Positions 46,726 to 56,972 of a DNA stretch of 64,000 bases are shown piece by piece; the first letter of the stretch is position 1, and every line of letters starts with the position of its first letter. Location: positions 1,178,001-1,242,000 of the forward strand of contig JABVCE010000002.1 in assembly GCA_014905635.1 (NCBI GenBank), in the 5' to 3' direction. Position numbers and translations under genes: made by a program. Source of the DNA: Scenedesmus sp. PABB004. Lineage: Eukaryota. A model generated the notes under the pieces. That model saw only the letters and a list, made by a program, of their open reading frames with translations, ran no database searches and was not told the origin of the DNA.

Positions 46726-49376
46726 GCGTGTGGTCGCGCCTGGAACTCCTGCAGCGCGCGCGCCATGCGCTGCACGGCCTTGTCAAACGTGGGCGCGCTG
46801 GTGATGACCTTGCTGAGCAGGGAGTCGTAGTAGCGGCTGACCACGTTGCCCGCCGTCACCGCGCTGTCCAGGCGCACGCCCGGGCCGCCGGGCGGGCGGT
46901 ACGCCTCCAGGCGCCCGCTGTCGGGCTGCGCGCGGGCGGCGCGCGCGCGCCAGGGGCGCGTGAGGGCGCCGCGCGAGGGGCGCGTGAGGGCCGCGCGCGC
47001 CCGCCGCCGCCGCCGCCGCGCGCCCCTCGCGCCGCCGCCGCACCTGGAAGTTTTGCTCCGGGTCCTCGCTCGTGACGCGGCACTGGATGGCGTAGCCCAT
47101 CGGCGGCGGCACCGCGGCCTGGCTGCCCAGCCCCAGGTCGGCGAGGCTCGCGCCGCCGGCGATCTTGATCTGCGTCTGCACGATGTCAACGCCCGTGATC
47201 TCCTCAGTCACCGTGTGCTCCACCTGGGCGCGGCGAGGGCCGGCGGCGACGCGGCGAGCGGCGGTGAGCGGCGGTGAGCACCGGTGGGCGGCGGCGAGCG
47301 GCGGCGAGCGCCGGCGGGCGCCGGTGGGCGGCGGGGCGGCGCGCGCCAGGCCGCGCCGCACCTGCACGCGGGGGTTGACCTCCAGGAAGTAGTGCGCGCC
47401 GTGCTTGTCGACCATAAACTCGACAGTGCCTGTTGTTTCATACACGCGGGGGGCAGGCGGGACAGGGCGCACGGCGGACAGTGAGGGGCCGCGCGCGCGC
47501 CGGCGCGCACACCGCCGCGCGCCAGGCGCGGGCGCGGGCTGCTGGCGCGGCGCGCGGCGCGGGCGCACCCGCGTTGCGGTAGCCCACGTGCTTGGCCAGC
47601 TTCACCGCGTCGGCGTACAGCGCCTCCTTGATGTGCGCCGCCAGCGCCGGCGCGGGCGCAATCTCCACCACCTGCGCGCGCCGCCGGCGGCGTCGCACGC
47701 CGCCCCGCACGGCCGCGCCGTGTCGCGCGGCGCGCCCGCGCGCGCGCCGCGCGCCTTCTGGTGGCGGCGCTGCACGGAGCAGTCGCGCTCGTAGAGGTGC
47801 ACCACGTTGCCGTAGGCGTCGGCGATGATCTGGATCTCGATGTGCCGCGGCTCCTCCACGTACTTCTCAACAAACATCGACCCGTCGCCAAACGCGGCGC
47901 GCGCCTCGTTGCTCGCGCGGTTGAACAGGTCAGCCATCTCAAAGTCTGCGCCGCGCCGGCGGCGGCGGCGGCGGCGGCGCGGCGGGCGGTTGCGGCAGGT
48001 GGGCGCGGCGGCGCCGAGCGCCAGCGTGCCCGCCCGCGAGCGATGCTGTCACTGCTGGGCCCGGCGCGACCGCCGCGCACCGTTGCGCACGACGCGCATG
48101 CCGCGGCCGCCGCCGCCCATGCTGGCCTTGAGGATGACGGGGTACCCGGCCGCCTCGGCAAACTCCAGCGCCTCCTCCGCGCTCGTGAGCGCCTGGTTGG
48201 TGCCGGGCACGATCGGCACGCCGCACGCGATCGCCGCGCGCCGCGCCGCGGTCTTGTCGCCCATCGCCTGCGGCGCGGCGCGGCGCGGCGGTGCGGCGCG
48301 TGAGCCCGCCAGCTGCTCCGGCTGCTGCCGCCCGTGCCGCTGGCATTGCCGCCGCCCGTGCCGCCGCCCGTGCTCCCGCCCCGCGCGCGCGCGCCTCAAT
48401 CGTCTCTGCGCGCGGGCCGATAAAGGCGATGCCCTCCTCCTCGCAGCGCCGCGCAAAGGTGGTGTTCTCGCTCAGAAAGCCGTAGCCCTGCGGCGGCGGT
48501 GCAGCGGCGCGGGGGCGGCGGCGGGTCGCGTCGGCCCTCGCCCCCTGCCGAGCGCTGCGGCCTGCGCGCCGGCACGCACGGCGACCCCAGAACTGCCGCC
48601 GCCACCGCCCCTGCCGCCGCCGGCGCCGCCGCCGCTGCTGCTGCTGCGCACCGGGTGGATGGCGTCGACCTCGGCCTCCTTGGCGATGCGGATGATGCCC
48701 TCGATGTCCAGGTAGCAGCTCACCGGCGCCGTGTCGTCGCCGCCGACCTGGTAGCTCTCGTCCGCGTTGTAGCGGTGGCTCTGCAGCCGGTCGGCGGGGC
48801 TGTACACGGCGACCTGCGAGGGCGCAGCGCGGGCAGCGGCGCCGCCGGCCGTCGGCGGCGCGCGCGGCGGCGGCTGCGCGCACCGCGGGCCCGCGGCGGC
48901 CGCGCCCGCGGTCGCGTGGGGCGGCCCGCCGCCTGGCCGCCCCGCCGGCCGCCCACGCCCGGGCTAGGGCCGCGCACCGTCCGCAGGCCGAGCTCGGTGC
49001 CGGCCCTGAACACGCGGATGGCGATCTCGCCGCGGTTGGCGCACAGGATCTTCTTGAAGGGCACCTCGCCAGTGTGGCACGTCTGCGGGGGCGCGGAGGG
49101 CGGCATGCGCGGCAGCAGGCGGGGGCGCGCGGAGGGCGCGCACTCGCGCACCTCCAGGCCGTCGTTGTGCGACACGTGCACGCCAACACCGCGCTCCGTG
49201 CGGCGCGCCATCGAACGCGGCATGCCCGGGGCCCCAGGCGCGCCGCAGCGCGCGGGGGCGAGCGCCGCATGTCGGCGCGGGCCACCGGCGGCCAGCGCGC
49301 GCCGCGCCGGCGCAGCGCCCGGCCGGGGCGAGGCCGCCGCCCCAGCTACGGGGCGGCCCAGCCTGCTGCGCAGCAT
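42650..49376 (-). CDS. PYC: Pyruvate carboxylase with organellar transit peptide
   Basis: [108 protein letters not shown] biotin site. Confidence 0.98.
45081..45130. repeat. Short tandem GGTCAAA(C) repeat in a pyruvate carboxylase intron
   Basis: acggcggtcaaatgacggtcaaacggcggtcaaacggcggggtcaaacgg (4 units). Confidence 0.8.
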
Positions 49377-49730
49377 GTTGCGCGGTCTCCGCGGAGCAGC
49401 AGGCCGCTTTGCTGCTGCTGCTGCTGCCGCCGCGAGGTCGCCGCGGTGGAGGGCCTGGCGCCCGCGGGTGTGTGTGTCCAGCCGCCGAGCGGGAGTGGGC
49501 GGCGCGCAGCAGCGCAGCGTGAGCGGAGCTGTTCGTGGGCCAAGACCTAGACGGGCTCTCCTCGGCAAGCCCTGCGCCGAGCTCGCAAGGACGCGGGACA
49601 GCGCTGGCGCCGGGCTCTCGAGTGTCCTGGCGCCTGCCGGCAGCTGCCGCCCGCCGCCGCCGCGCGCCGCGCGGTCGGTCACCGCTGCCAGGTCCTGGCC
49701 GCGCCGCGCCGCGCGGCGCAGGTCGGCGCG

Positions 49731-49735
49731 TTACA
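49731..49735 (-). promoter_or_regulatory. TGTAA polyadenylation signal directly after the TrpC stop
   Basis: ttaca on the + strand 10 bp downstream of TGA 49745. Confidence 0.55.
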
Positions 49736-49744
49736 GGCGCGGCG

Positions 49745-51295
49745 TCAGGGCAGCTGCAGCAGCTCCTTGACGCCCTTGGCGGGGTCGCCCTGCTTGACGA
49801 GGCTCTCGCCGACCAGGATCGCGCCCACGCCCGCGTCGGCGACAAACGACACGTCGTCGGGCGTGAAGATGCCGCTCTCGCCGACCATGAGGATGCCTCG
49901 CCGCTTCACCTCCTGCCCCGCGGGGCTGTCCATGATGCGCTTCGTCACGCCCAGGTCGACCTGCGGCGCGGCGCCACGTCGGCGGCGGCGGCAGGGCCCT
50001 CAGCGGCGGCGCTCGGCGGCGGTGGGGCGGCCGGCCCGCAGCCACCACACAAGCACCCACACAAGCACACCCGCCGCGCACCTTGAAGGTCCCGAGGTCG
50101 CGGTTGTTGATGCCGAGCAGGTGCTCCTCGAGGCCCTCGAGCTGCAGCACGCGCGCGAGCTCCGCCTCGGTGTGCACCTCGATGAGGCAGCGCATGCCGA
50201 GGCCGCGCGCGGCCTTGGTGAAGTACCCCAGGTCGGCGTTGGGCAGCACCGCGGCGATGAGCAGCACCGCGTCGGCGCCCGACGCGCGGGCCTTGAAGAT
50301 CTGGTACGCCTCGACCACAAACTCCTTGCACAGCAGCGGGCAGGCCACGCCGGCGGCCTTGATCTTGGCCAGGTTGTCAAAGCTGCCCTGGAAAAACTTC
50401 TCGTCCGTGAGCACCGACAGGCACGCCGCGCCGCCGGCCTCGTACGCGGTCGCGATGCGCACGGGGTCAAAGTCGGGCTGGATGACGCCCTTGCTCGGCG
50501 AGGCCTTCTTCACCTCCGCGATCAAGCCCGGCTTGCCCGTCTCCTTGGCCTTGGCCAGGACGGCGGCCTTGAAGTCGCGCGCCGGCGGCGCCTGGCGCGC
50601 GAGCATCTGTCGCGGCGGCGGCGGCACGCGGCGGCGCGGCGGCGTCGGCCTGGCCCGCGCGGCGGCAGCCCGCGCCGCCGCGGCGCGCTGCCGGCGCGGC
50701 CGCGGGCCGCGGCCACGGGCCCTGCCGCTGCGAGCGAGCGCCGCACCTGCAGCATGGGCAGGGGCTGCTTCTCCCTGAACGCCTCGATCTCCTTGGCCTT
50801 GTGCCACACGATCTCCTCCAGGATGTTGGCGGGCTGGTTGATGTCGGGCAAGTTGCCGACCTTGTACCCCATGGCCGGCCCGCACCTGCGCCACGCGCGC
50901 GAGCAGCCGTCGGCGCGGGCGGGCGGCGGCGCCGGCGCGCGGCGCGCTCCGGGCAGCGGCGGCGGCGGCGTGGCGCGGCGCTCCGCCCCCCGCCGCTCGC
51001 GCGCGCGCTCACGGCTGCGTGTCGTTGCCCAGGGGCGGCCGCCGCCGGATGGTGACCTCGCCGGAGGCCTGCGCGGCGCAATGCGGGGCCCCACGTGAGC
51101 CGCGCCGGCTGGCGCGGCTCGGCGCCGCTGCCGCCGCCCGCCGCCCGCTGCTGCCGCCGCCGCGCGCCGCACCTCCGCGGTCTCAATGCTGGCGCGCACG
51201 GTCGTCATGCGGCGCGCGACCACGGGGCGGGCCTGGGACCGGGCGCCGGCCGCGGGCGCGCTCCGGGCGAGGCTGCTGCTCCTCGCGCCCAGCAT
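49745..51295 (-). CDS. trpC: Indole-3-glycerol phosphate synthase, plastid-targeted
   Basis: [77 protein letters not shown]. Confidence 0.97.
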
Positions 51296-51786
51296 CGCGG
51301 CCTGCACCGTCGCGCCTGCGCCGCGCGAAGCTGCTGTCCGGTGTCTGGCGCACTGGCGTGATCCTGGCTGCGCACTGAGTCTGCACAGGGCGCCGCGGGC
51401 GACGCGGGGCGGGCTGGCGGGCGCAAGGCGCGCTGGGCGGGCGGCGAGCGCGTGCAGCGGGCGGCAGTGACCGCGTCAGAGCCGGAGGCCAGCGAGCGCG
51501 GAACGCCAGCTGGAGCGGCCGGCGCTTGAGCCCTGCGACCCACCTGACGGCGCCGCACCGCCGCCCGCGCCGGCAGCCCGGCGCCGGCAGCCCGGCGCCG
51601 CGCCACTCGGCACAATCACCCTGCTGCCGCCCGCAGCCAACCAGTGCCGTCTCTCGGCCACCGCCAGCTGCGGGCGCTCGGCCGCCGCCGGCTGCTGCCG
51701 CTCGGCCTCCGCCGCTGCCAGCCGCCAGCCGCTGCACCGGCCGCCGCGGCCGCGGCCGCTGCTGCCAGCCGCCTCTAGGTGCTGCA

Positions 51787-53334
51787 ATGCGGCGCGGCGC
51801 CAAGCCGTCGGGCGCGCGGCGCGCGGCGGTGGCCGACGAGACGGCTGCCTTTCACGCCGCGCTGTCGGCGGAGTTTCTCGGCCGCTGGCCGGCGCTGCTC
51901 GAGGCGCTCGCTGCGCCCGCACAGCACGTGGCCCTGGTCAACGGCTTCGCCAGCGTCTGCGACTCGGACGAGGCCGGGCTGACCAGCTGCCTGCGCGCGG
52001 GCGCCGTCGCCTGCCTGCGGTGCGGCGCGGCGCGGCGTGGCGCGGCTCTGCGCGCCCGCCGGACGCCGCGCCCGCGCCCGCGCCCCGCGCGCAGCTCACG
52101 CGCCGCGCGCGCCGCCGCCGCCACGGCCGCTGCCGCAGCCCCCCTGCCGCCGCCGCCGCCGCCTGCCCGCCGCCGCCGAGCTGCCCCTACACCCAGCTCA
52201 AGGAGTGGCTCTGGGTTGACGCCGCCGCCGTGCTGCCGCCGCTGGTGCTGGGCGTGTCCCCCGGGCACGTCGTGCTGGAGCTCTGCGCGTCGCAAGCCGG
52301 CGGCGGCGCGTCGCTGGTGCTCGCCCAGCAGCTGCTGCGCGCCGGAGCCGGCGGCGCGCCGGCACAGGAGCACGCCGGCGGCGGCGGGCTGACGCCCGAG
52401 CTGCTGCAGCAGCGCCTCGCGCTGGGCGACGACGCAGAGGAGCAGGAGCAGGAGGGCGAGCAGGCGGGCGAGCAGCCGGGGCAGCTGCCCGAGCCGCCGC
52501 CGCTCGGCAGCGACGGCGCCGACAGCGACACCGGCAGCGGCGCCGGCGCCAGCCCGCGGCGCCGGCCCGCGGCGCCGGCGGGCGCCGCTGCCGGGCGCCT
52601 CGTGCTCAACGAGCCCGACGCCGCGCGGCGCGGGCGGCTGCTCGGCACGCTGAGTGCGCACGTGCCCGGCGCGCTGCGGCGCCGGGTGCGCGTCACGGCG
52701 CACGACGCGGCGCGGCACTGGGGCGTGTACGACGAGCGCATGTTTGACCGCGTGCTGCTCGCGCCGCCGTGCTCCGCGGAGCGCCGCGCCGCGGCGGCGG
52801 CGCTCGCGGCGGGCGGCGTCGTCGGTGGCGGCGTCTGGAGCGCGGCGCGCTGCCAGCAGCTGGCGGGCCAGCAGCTCAAGGTGCGGCGCTACACGGCGCG
52901 GCGCTGGGGCTGGCTGGCCGCCTGCCGCCCGCGTTCACGCTCGCCGCCGCTGCCGCCGCCCGCCGGCGCAGCTGCTGACGGCGGGCCTGCGCGCTCTGAA
53001 GGCCGGCGGCCGCCTCGCGTACGCGACGCGCTCCCTGCTGGCTGCCCAGAACGACGGCGTCGTCGAGGCGGCGCTCGCGGCGTGGCCCAGCGTGCGCGTC
53101 GTGCCGGTCGAGGAGTGGCCGCTCGCCGGCTGGGAGGCCGCCGCCGCCGGCGACGGCGCCGGGCCGGAGCCGCTCGGGCGCGCCAGCAGCGGCGACGGCG
53201 CGGCGGCCGGCGCCGCGCTCCTGGACCTGATCGGCGGCGCGCGCACGCGCACGGGCGGCGTGCTGGTCCTGCCGGACGTCGCGGGCTGGGGTCCGCTGTT
53301 CCTGGCGCTGCTGGAGAAGGGCGGCGGCGGCTGA
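51787..53334 (+). CDS. NOL1/NOP2/Sun (NSUN3/4-like) RNA m5C methyltransferase homologue with degenerate catalytic motifs
   Basis: DAAAVLPPLVL, VLELCA, VLNEPDAARRGRL, VTAHDA, FDRVLLAPPCSAER, QQLK|LL..GLRALKAGGRLAYATRSL...QNDGVV, GWGPLFLALL. Confidence 0.82.
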
Positions 53335-53381
53335 CGGCGGCGGCCGGGGCGCGCCTGACCCGCCGCGCGCGCCGCTGCGCG

Positions 53382-54234
53382 CAGAGCGATGGGCGCAGGC
53401 GCTTTGAGGCGCAGGCGCTTTAGGCGCTTTCAAAGCGCCCAAAGCGCCTCGGGGCTTCGCTCAGGCGCAAAGGCGCAATTGCTGAGCCCCAAAGCCCGAT
53501 GTTCAAAGTTGCGGCCGGATTGCGCAGCGCAGAGCGCCGATCAGCTGCCGCCGGGGAGCCAGTCCCGCGCATTGCCTCCCCGCCCATGTCAGGCCGTGCG
53601 GGCAGCACCGTGCGCATCGAGGTGCAGGCGCCGCAGCAGTTTGACGCGCGCAGCGCGACGGCGGCGGTGCTGCAGCAGCACGCGGACCAGCAGCTCCGCC
53701 TGATACAGCAGCAGGCGGCGCAGCAGGCGGCGCAGCAGGCGGCGCAGCAGGCGGCGCAGCAGGCGGTGGCCCAGCAGCGCCTGCGGCAGCTCGTGATGCA
53801 GCAGGCCATGTCGTCGGCGGCGGCGGCGGCGCAGCAGGCGGCGCAGCAGGCGGCCCAGCAGCCCTGGGAGCCGGACGGTCTGGAGGGCCTGGTGTAGAGG
53901 CAGCCGCTGGCGGCGGCCGCTGGCGGCGGCCCTGGCAGCAGCGCGCGCGAGTGGCGCGCGAGCGGCGCCGGCGTGTGCTGCGCTAGCGGTGCCTGAGGCT
54001 TGCGTGCGTGCTGGACGTGATCGCGTATATTTTCCCATCCAGCAGGCAGCTGTGCACGCGCTGAGGACGGCAAACGGCGCAGATGGCCTCGAAAAAATAT
54101 CGCCCGGCCTCTCCTGGGCCAGAAACGGCTCAGAAAAGGCCCCAGAGCAAAGCGCCTATTGCGCCTAAAGCGCCTAAAAGCGCCTGGGCAATTGCGCCTG
54201 CGCCCGGGGTCCAGGAAAAGCGCCCATCGCTCTG
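53382..54234. mobile_element. Non-autonomous hAT-type DNA transposon (853 bp)
   Basis: 15 bp perfect TIR CAGAGCGATGGGCGC (53382-53396 / 54220-54234). 8 bp TSD GCTGCGCG (53374-53381 and 54235-54242). Multiple subterminal AGGCGC/GCGCCT motifs at both ends; no transposase. Confidence 0.9.
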
Positions 54235-54499
54235 GCTGCGCGCCACGATTTTGAACCGCGGCGTCGTGCCGTTGCGCCGCATGGGCCCGCCCCGCCGCCC
54301 CGGGCTTCCACGCACAGCACGCCGCACCGGCCTCGGCCCGCAGCCGCCAGCAGCGGGGGCTGCTGCCGCCGCCGCGCTGCGCTGCTGCCGCCGTCGTGCG
54401 CTGCTGCCGCCGGCGCTTTTGCAGCGCCGCTCGCCGGCGGGCGACGCGCTCCGGATCTTAGGGCGTCAGGGGCGTAGCGCCGCGTCGCGCCCGGGCGGC

Positions 54500-55598
54500 A
54501 TGGAGCTCGTGCACGGGGACCCATCCGACTGGCCCGCCTCCCCCGGGCAGCTCCGCGCGCTGGACACCGCGATGCGCTGCCAGATCTGCTACGACGTCTA
54601 CACAGGGCCCGTAGCGCTGGTCTGCGGACACACCTGTGAGCGCGCATCGCGCGGCGCCCGCGCTGCCGCCGCTGCGCCCGCCGCCCGCGCCCACGCTGCG
54701 CCGCCGCCCGCCAGTCTGCTCCCGCTGCATCAGGGACGCCCTGGACGTGCGGGTGCGGGACGGGCAGCCGCCGGTGTGCCCGTCCTGCCGCGCGCCGTGC
54801 GACGCGGGCGACCTGCGCCCTGTCGCGCACCTGCGCGAGGCGGCGGCGGCGTGGAAGGCGGTGCGCGCGCTGCTGCTGCAGCACCACCTCGCGGCGGTGA
54901 CGGCCGCGCGGCAGCCGCTGCAGCAGGAGCAGGCGCCGCTGGAGCAGCAGGCCGAGCAGCAGCAGGCGCTCGGGCGCGGCGACCGCGCCGCGCGTGGCGG
55001 CGCGCTCGCCGGCGCGCTCGCGCGCAGCCGCCAGCTGCAGCAGCAGCAGCAGCAGGGTGCCGCCGCTGACGCGCCGGGCGGCGCGGGGCGGCGGCGCCGG
55101 GCGGCAGCGGGAGCGCGGGCCGCGCCTGCGTGCATCACCGTGAGCAGCAGCAGCGGCAGCTCGGCGGACTCGCAGGCCAGCGAGCAGCCAGAGGCAAGCG
55201 ACGCGTGCAGCGGCGAGACGGAGGGCGGTGCTGGCGCGGGCGCGGACGCGGACGACCCCGACTGGGACGCATCCGAGGAGCCGGCGGCGCCGGCTGGCGC
55301 GGGCGCCAAGCGCCGCGGCCGCAGCGGCGGCAGCCCAAGCAGCAGCGGCGCGGCGGCCGGCGACGGCGGCGGCACGTGCAGCGACCGCGACGACGACTTC
55401 CAGCCGCAGCAGCCGCGCGCCAAGCGCCAGCGCAGCAGCAGCCAGCACGGCACCGCGGGTGCGGCGAGCTGCCTGCAGCGGGCAGCGCGCCCGCGCCTGC
55501 TGCCTGCGCGCCGGCGCGTGTGCGTCTCACCCCTGCCCTGCCCGCCGCGCGCGCGCGCGCGCAGGCAAGGAGAACCAGGCCCGCGCGGCGGCGGCCCC

Positions 55599-55631
<33 letters not shown>

Positions 55632-56418
55632 CGTGCAGGCGCCCCCGGCGCCGCCGCAGCCCGGCTACGTGGCCTGCCCCGTGTGCGGCATGTCGGTGCG
55701 CGAGGCGTTCATCAACTCCCACGTCGACACCTGCCTCACGCGCGCGCCGCCGCCCGAGCCGGCGCCGCCGGCGCCGGCGCTGCAGCGCCAGCTGCAGCCG
55801 GGCGGCGGCGCCGGCGGCGGCGCCACCGCGGTGCTGATGGCGCGCGGCCGCGGCGCGCCGCGCGCCGCGGGCGGCCGCCGCGGCGGCGGGCTGGAGGCGC
55901 CGCCGAAGCTGTGCTTTGAGCTGATCAAGGAGCGGGACCTCAAGGCCAAGCTCGCCGCCCTGGGCCTCGTCAGCGATGGCAATAAAAAGGTGCGCGCCGC
56001 CGAGCGGGGGCGCCGCCCCGCGCCGCGCGCCCGCCCCCGCGCGCGCGCGCGCCACACGCGCCACACACACGCGCGCGTGCGCACGCCGCGGCGCGCGCAG
56101 GCGTGCGTGGAGCGCTACGCGTCCTTCCGCAGCTACGTCCTGTCGCTCAAGGACGGCGCGAGCGGGCTCAGCCTCGCCGCGGCGGCGGCCGAGTTCACGC
56201 GCCAGCAGCGCCGCACCGCGCGCGCCGCGTCGCGCCCGCCCTCGCTCGGCGCGTCGCTCGGCGCCGGCCGCGGCGACAGCCCCGCCGGCGGCGGCGGCTG
56301 CGAGGCCGCCGCCGACGGCGGCGAGTGCGACGGCGCTGGCATCGGTGCGGTGGACGCGAGCTACGACGCACTCATCAAGCAGACGCGCGCGCGGCTGGCG
56401 GCGATGCGCGAGCAGCGC

Positions 56419-56477
<59 letters not shown>

Positions 56478-56829
56478 GCCGGAGCAGCCGCCGCAGCCGG
56501 AGGAGGTTGAGGGCGCAGAGCGCGCAGCGCCGGCCTCGCCGGCCGCCGCGCCGCCGCCGCCGCCGCAGAAGGGCGGGTGCGCGGACGCGTCGGAGGGGGA
56601 CGACGACGCGGAGCGCAGCCCCCCGCGCGGCGAGGTGCAGTCGCAGCAGTTGTATGAGGAGCTGTACCTCGGCTATGAGGCCAAGGACCTCACCGCCAGC
56701 GGCGCGCACGAGGCCGCGGCCTGCACAGGGGCGCCCGCGGTCGGTTGCGGGCCGGAGGGGCTGGGCGTCATGGCGGGGCTGGCTGGCGTCGTCGTTGTGG
56801 CGTCCCAGCCTGACGCCGAGGGTTGCTAG
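54500..56829 (+). CDS. RAD18: RAD18-like E3 ubiquitin ligase (RING + UBZ4 + SAP)
   Basis: LDTAMRCQICYDVY...CGHT|FCSRCIR...CPSCR (RING), CPVCGMSV...INSHVDTCL (UBZ4), PPKLCFELIKERDLKAKLAALGL..DGNKK (SAP). Confidence 0.88.
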
Positions 56830-56972
56830 GGAGGAGGGGCGGCGGCCGCCGCGCCGCCGCCGCTGCCGGCTGCGACACTGCCGGCAACGCGGGGGCTGCT
56901 GGAACCGAGGCGCTGCGGCTCGCTGCTCGTCACGCGCAACGCTCGCCGGCCGGCAGCTTACCGCCGCGCCGC

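Noticed and set aside
53397..53480. CRISPR-like array from the recurring AGGCGC motifs
   Set aside because: The units are 6-9 bp with no unique spacers; they are better explained as transposon subterminal repeats.
54083..54499. Upstream in-frame ATG (54083) extending RAD18 from inside the hAT element
   Set aside because: The RING domain normally sits near the N-terminus, consistent with ATG 54500. The extension translates TIR/subterminal repeats and has no support without transcripts.
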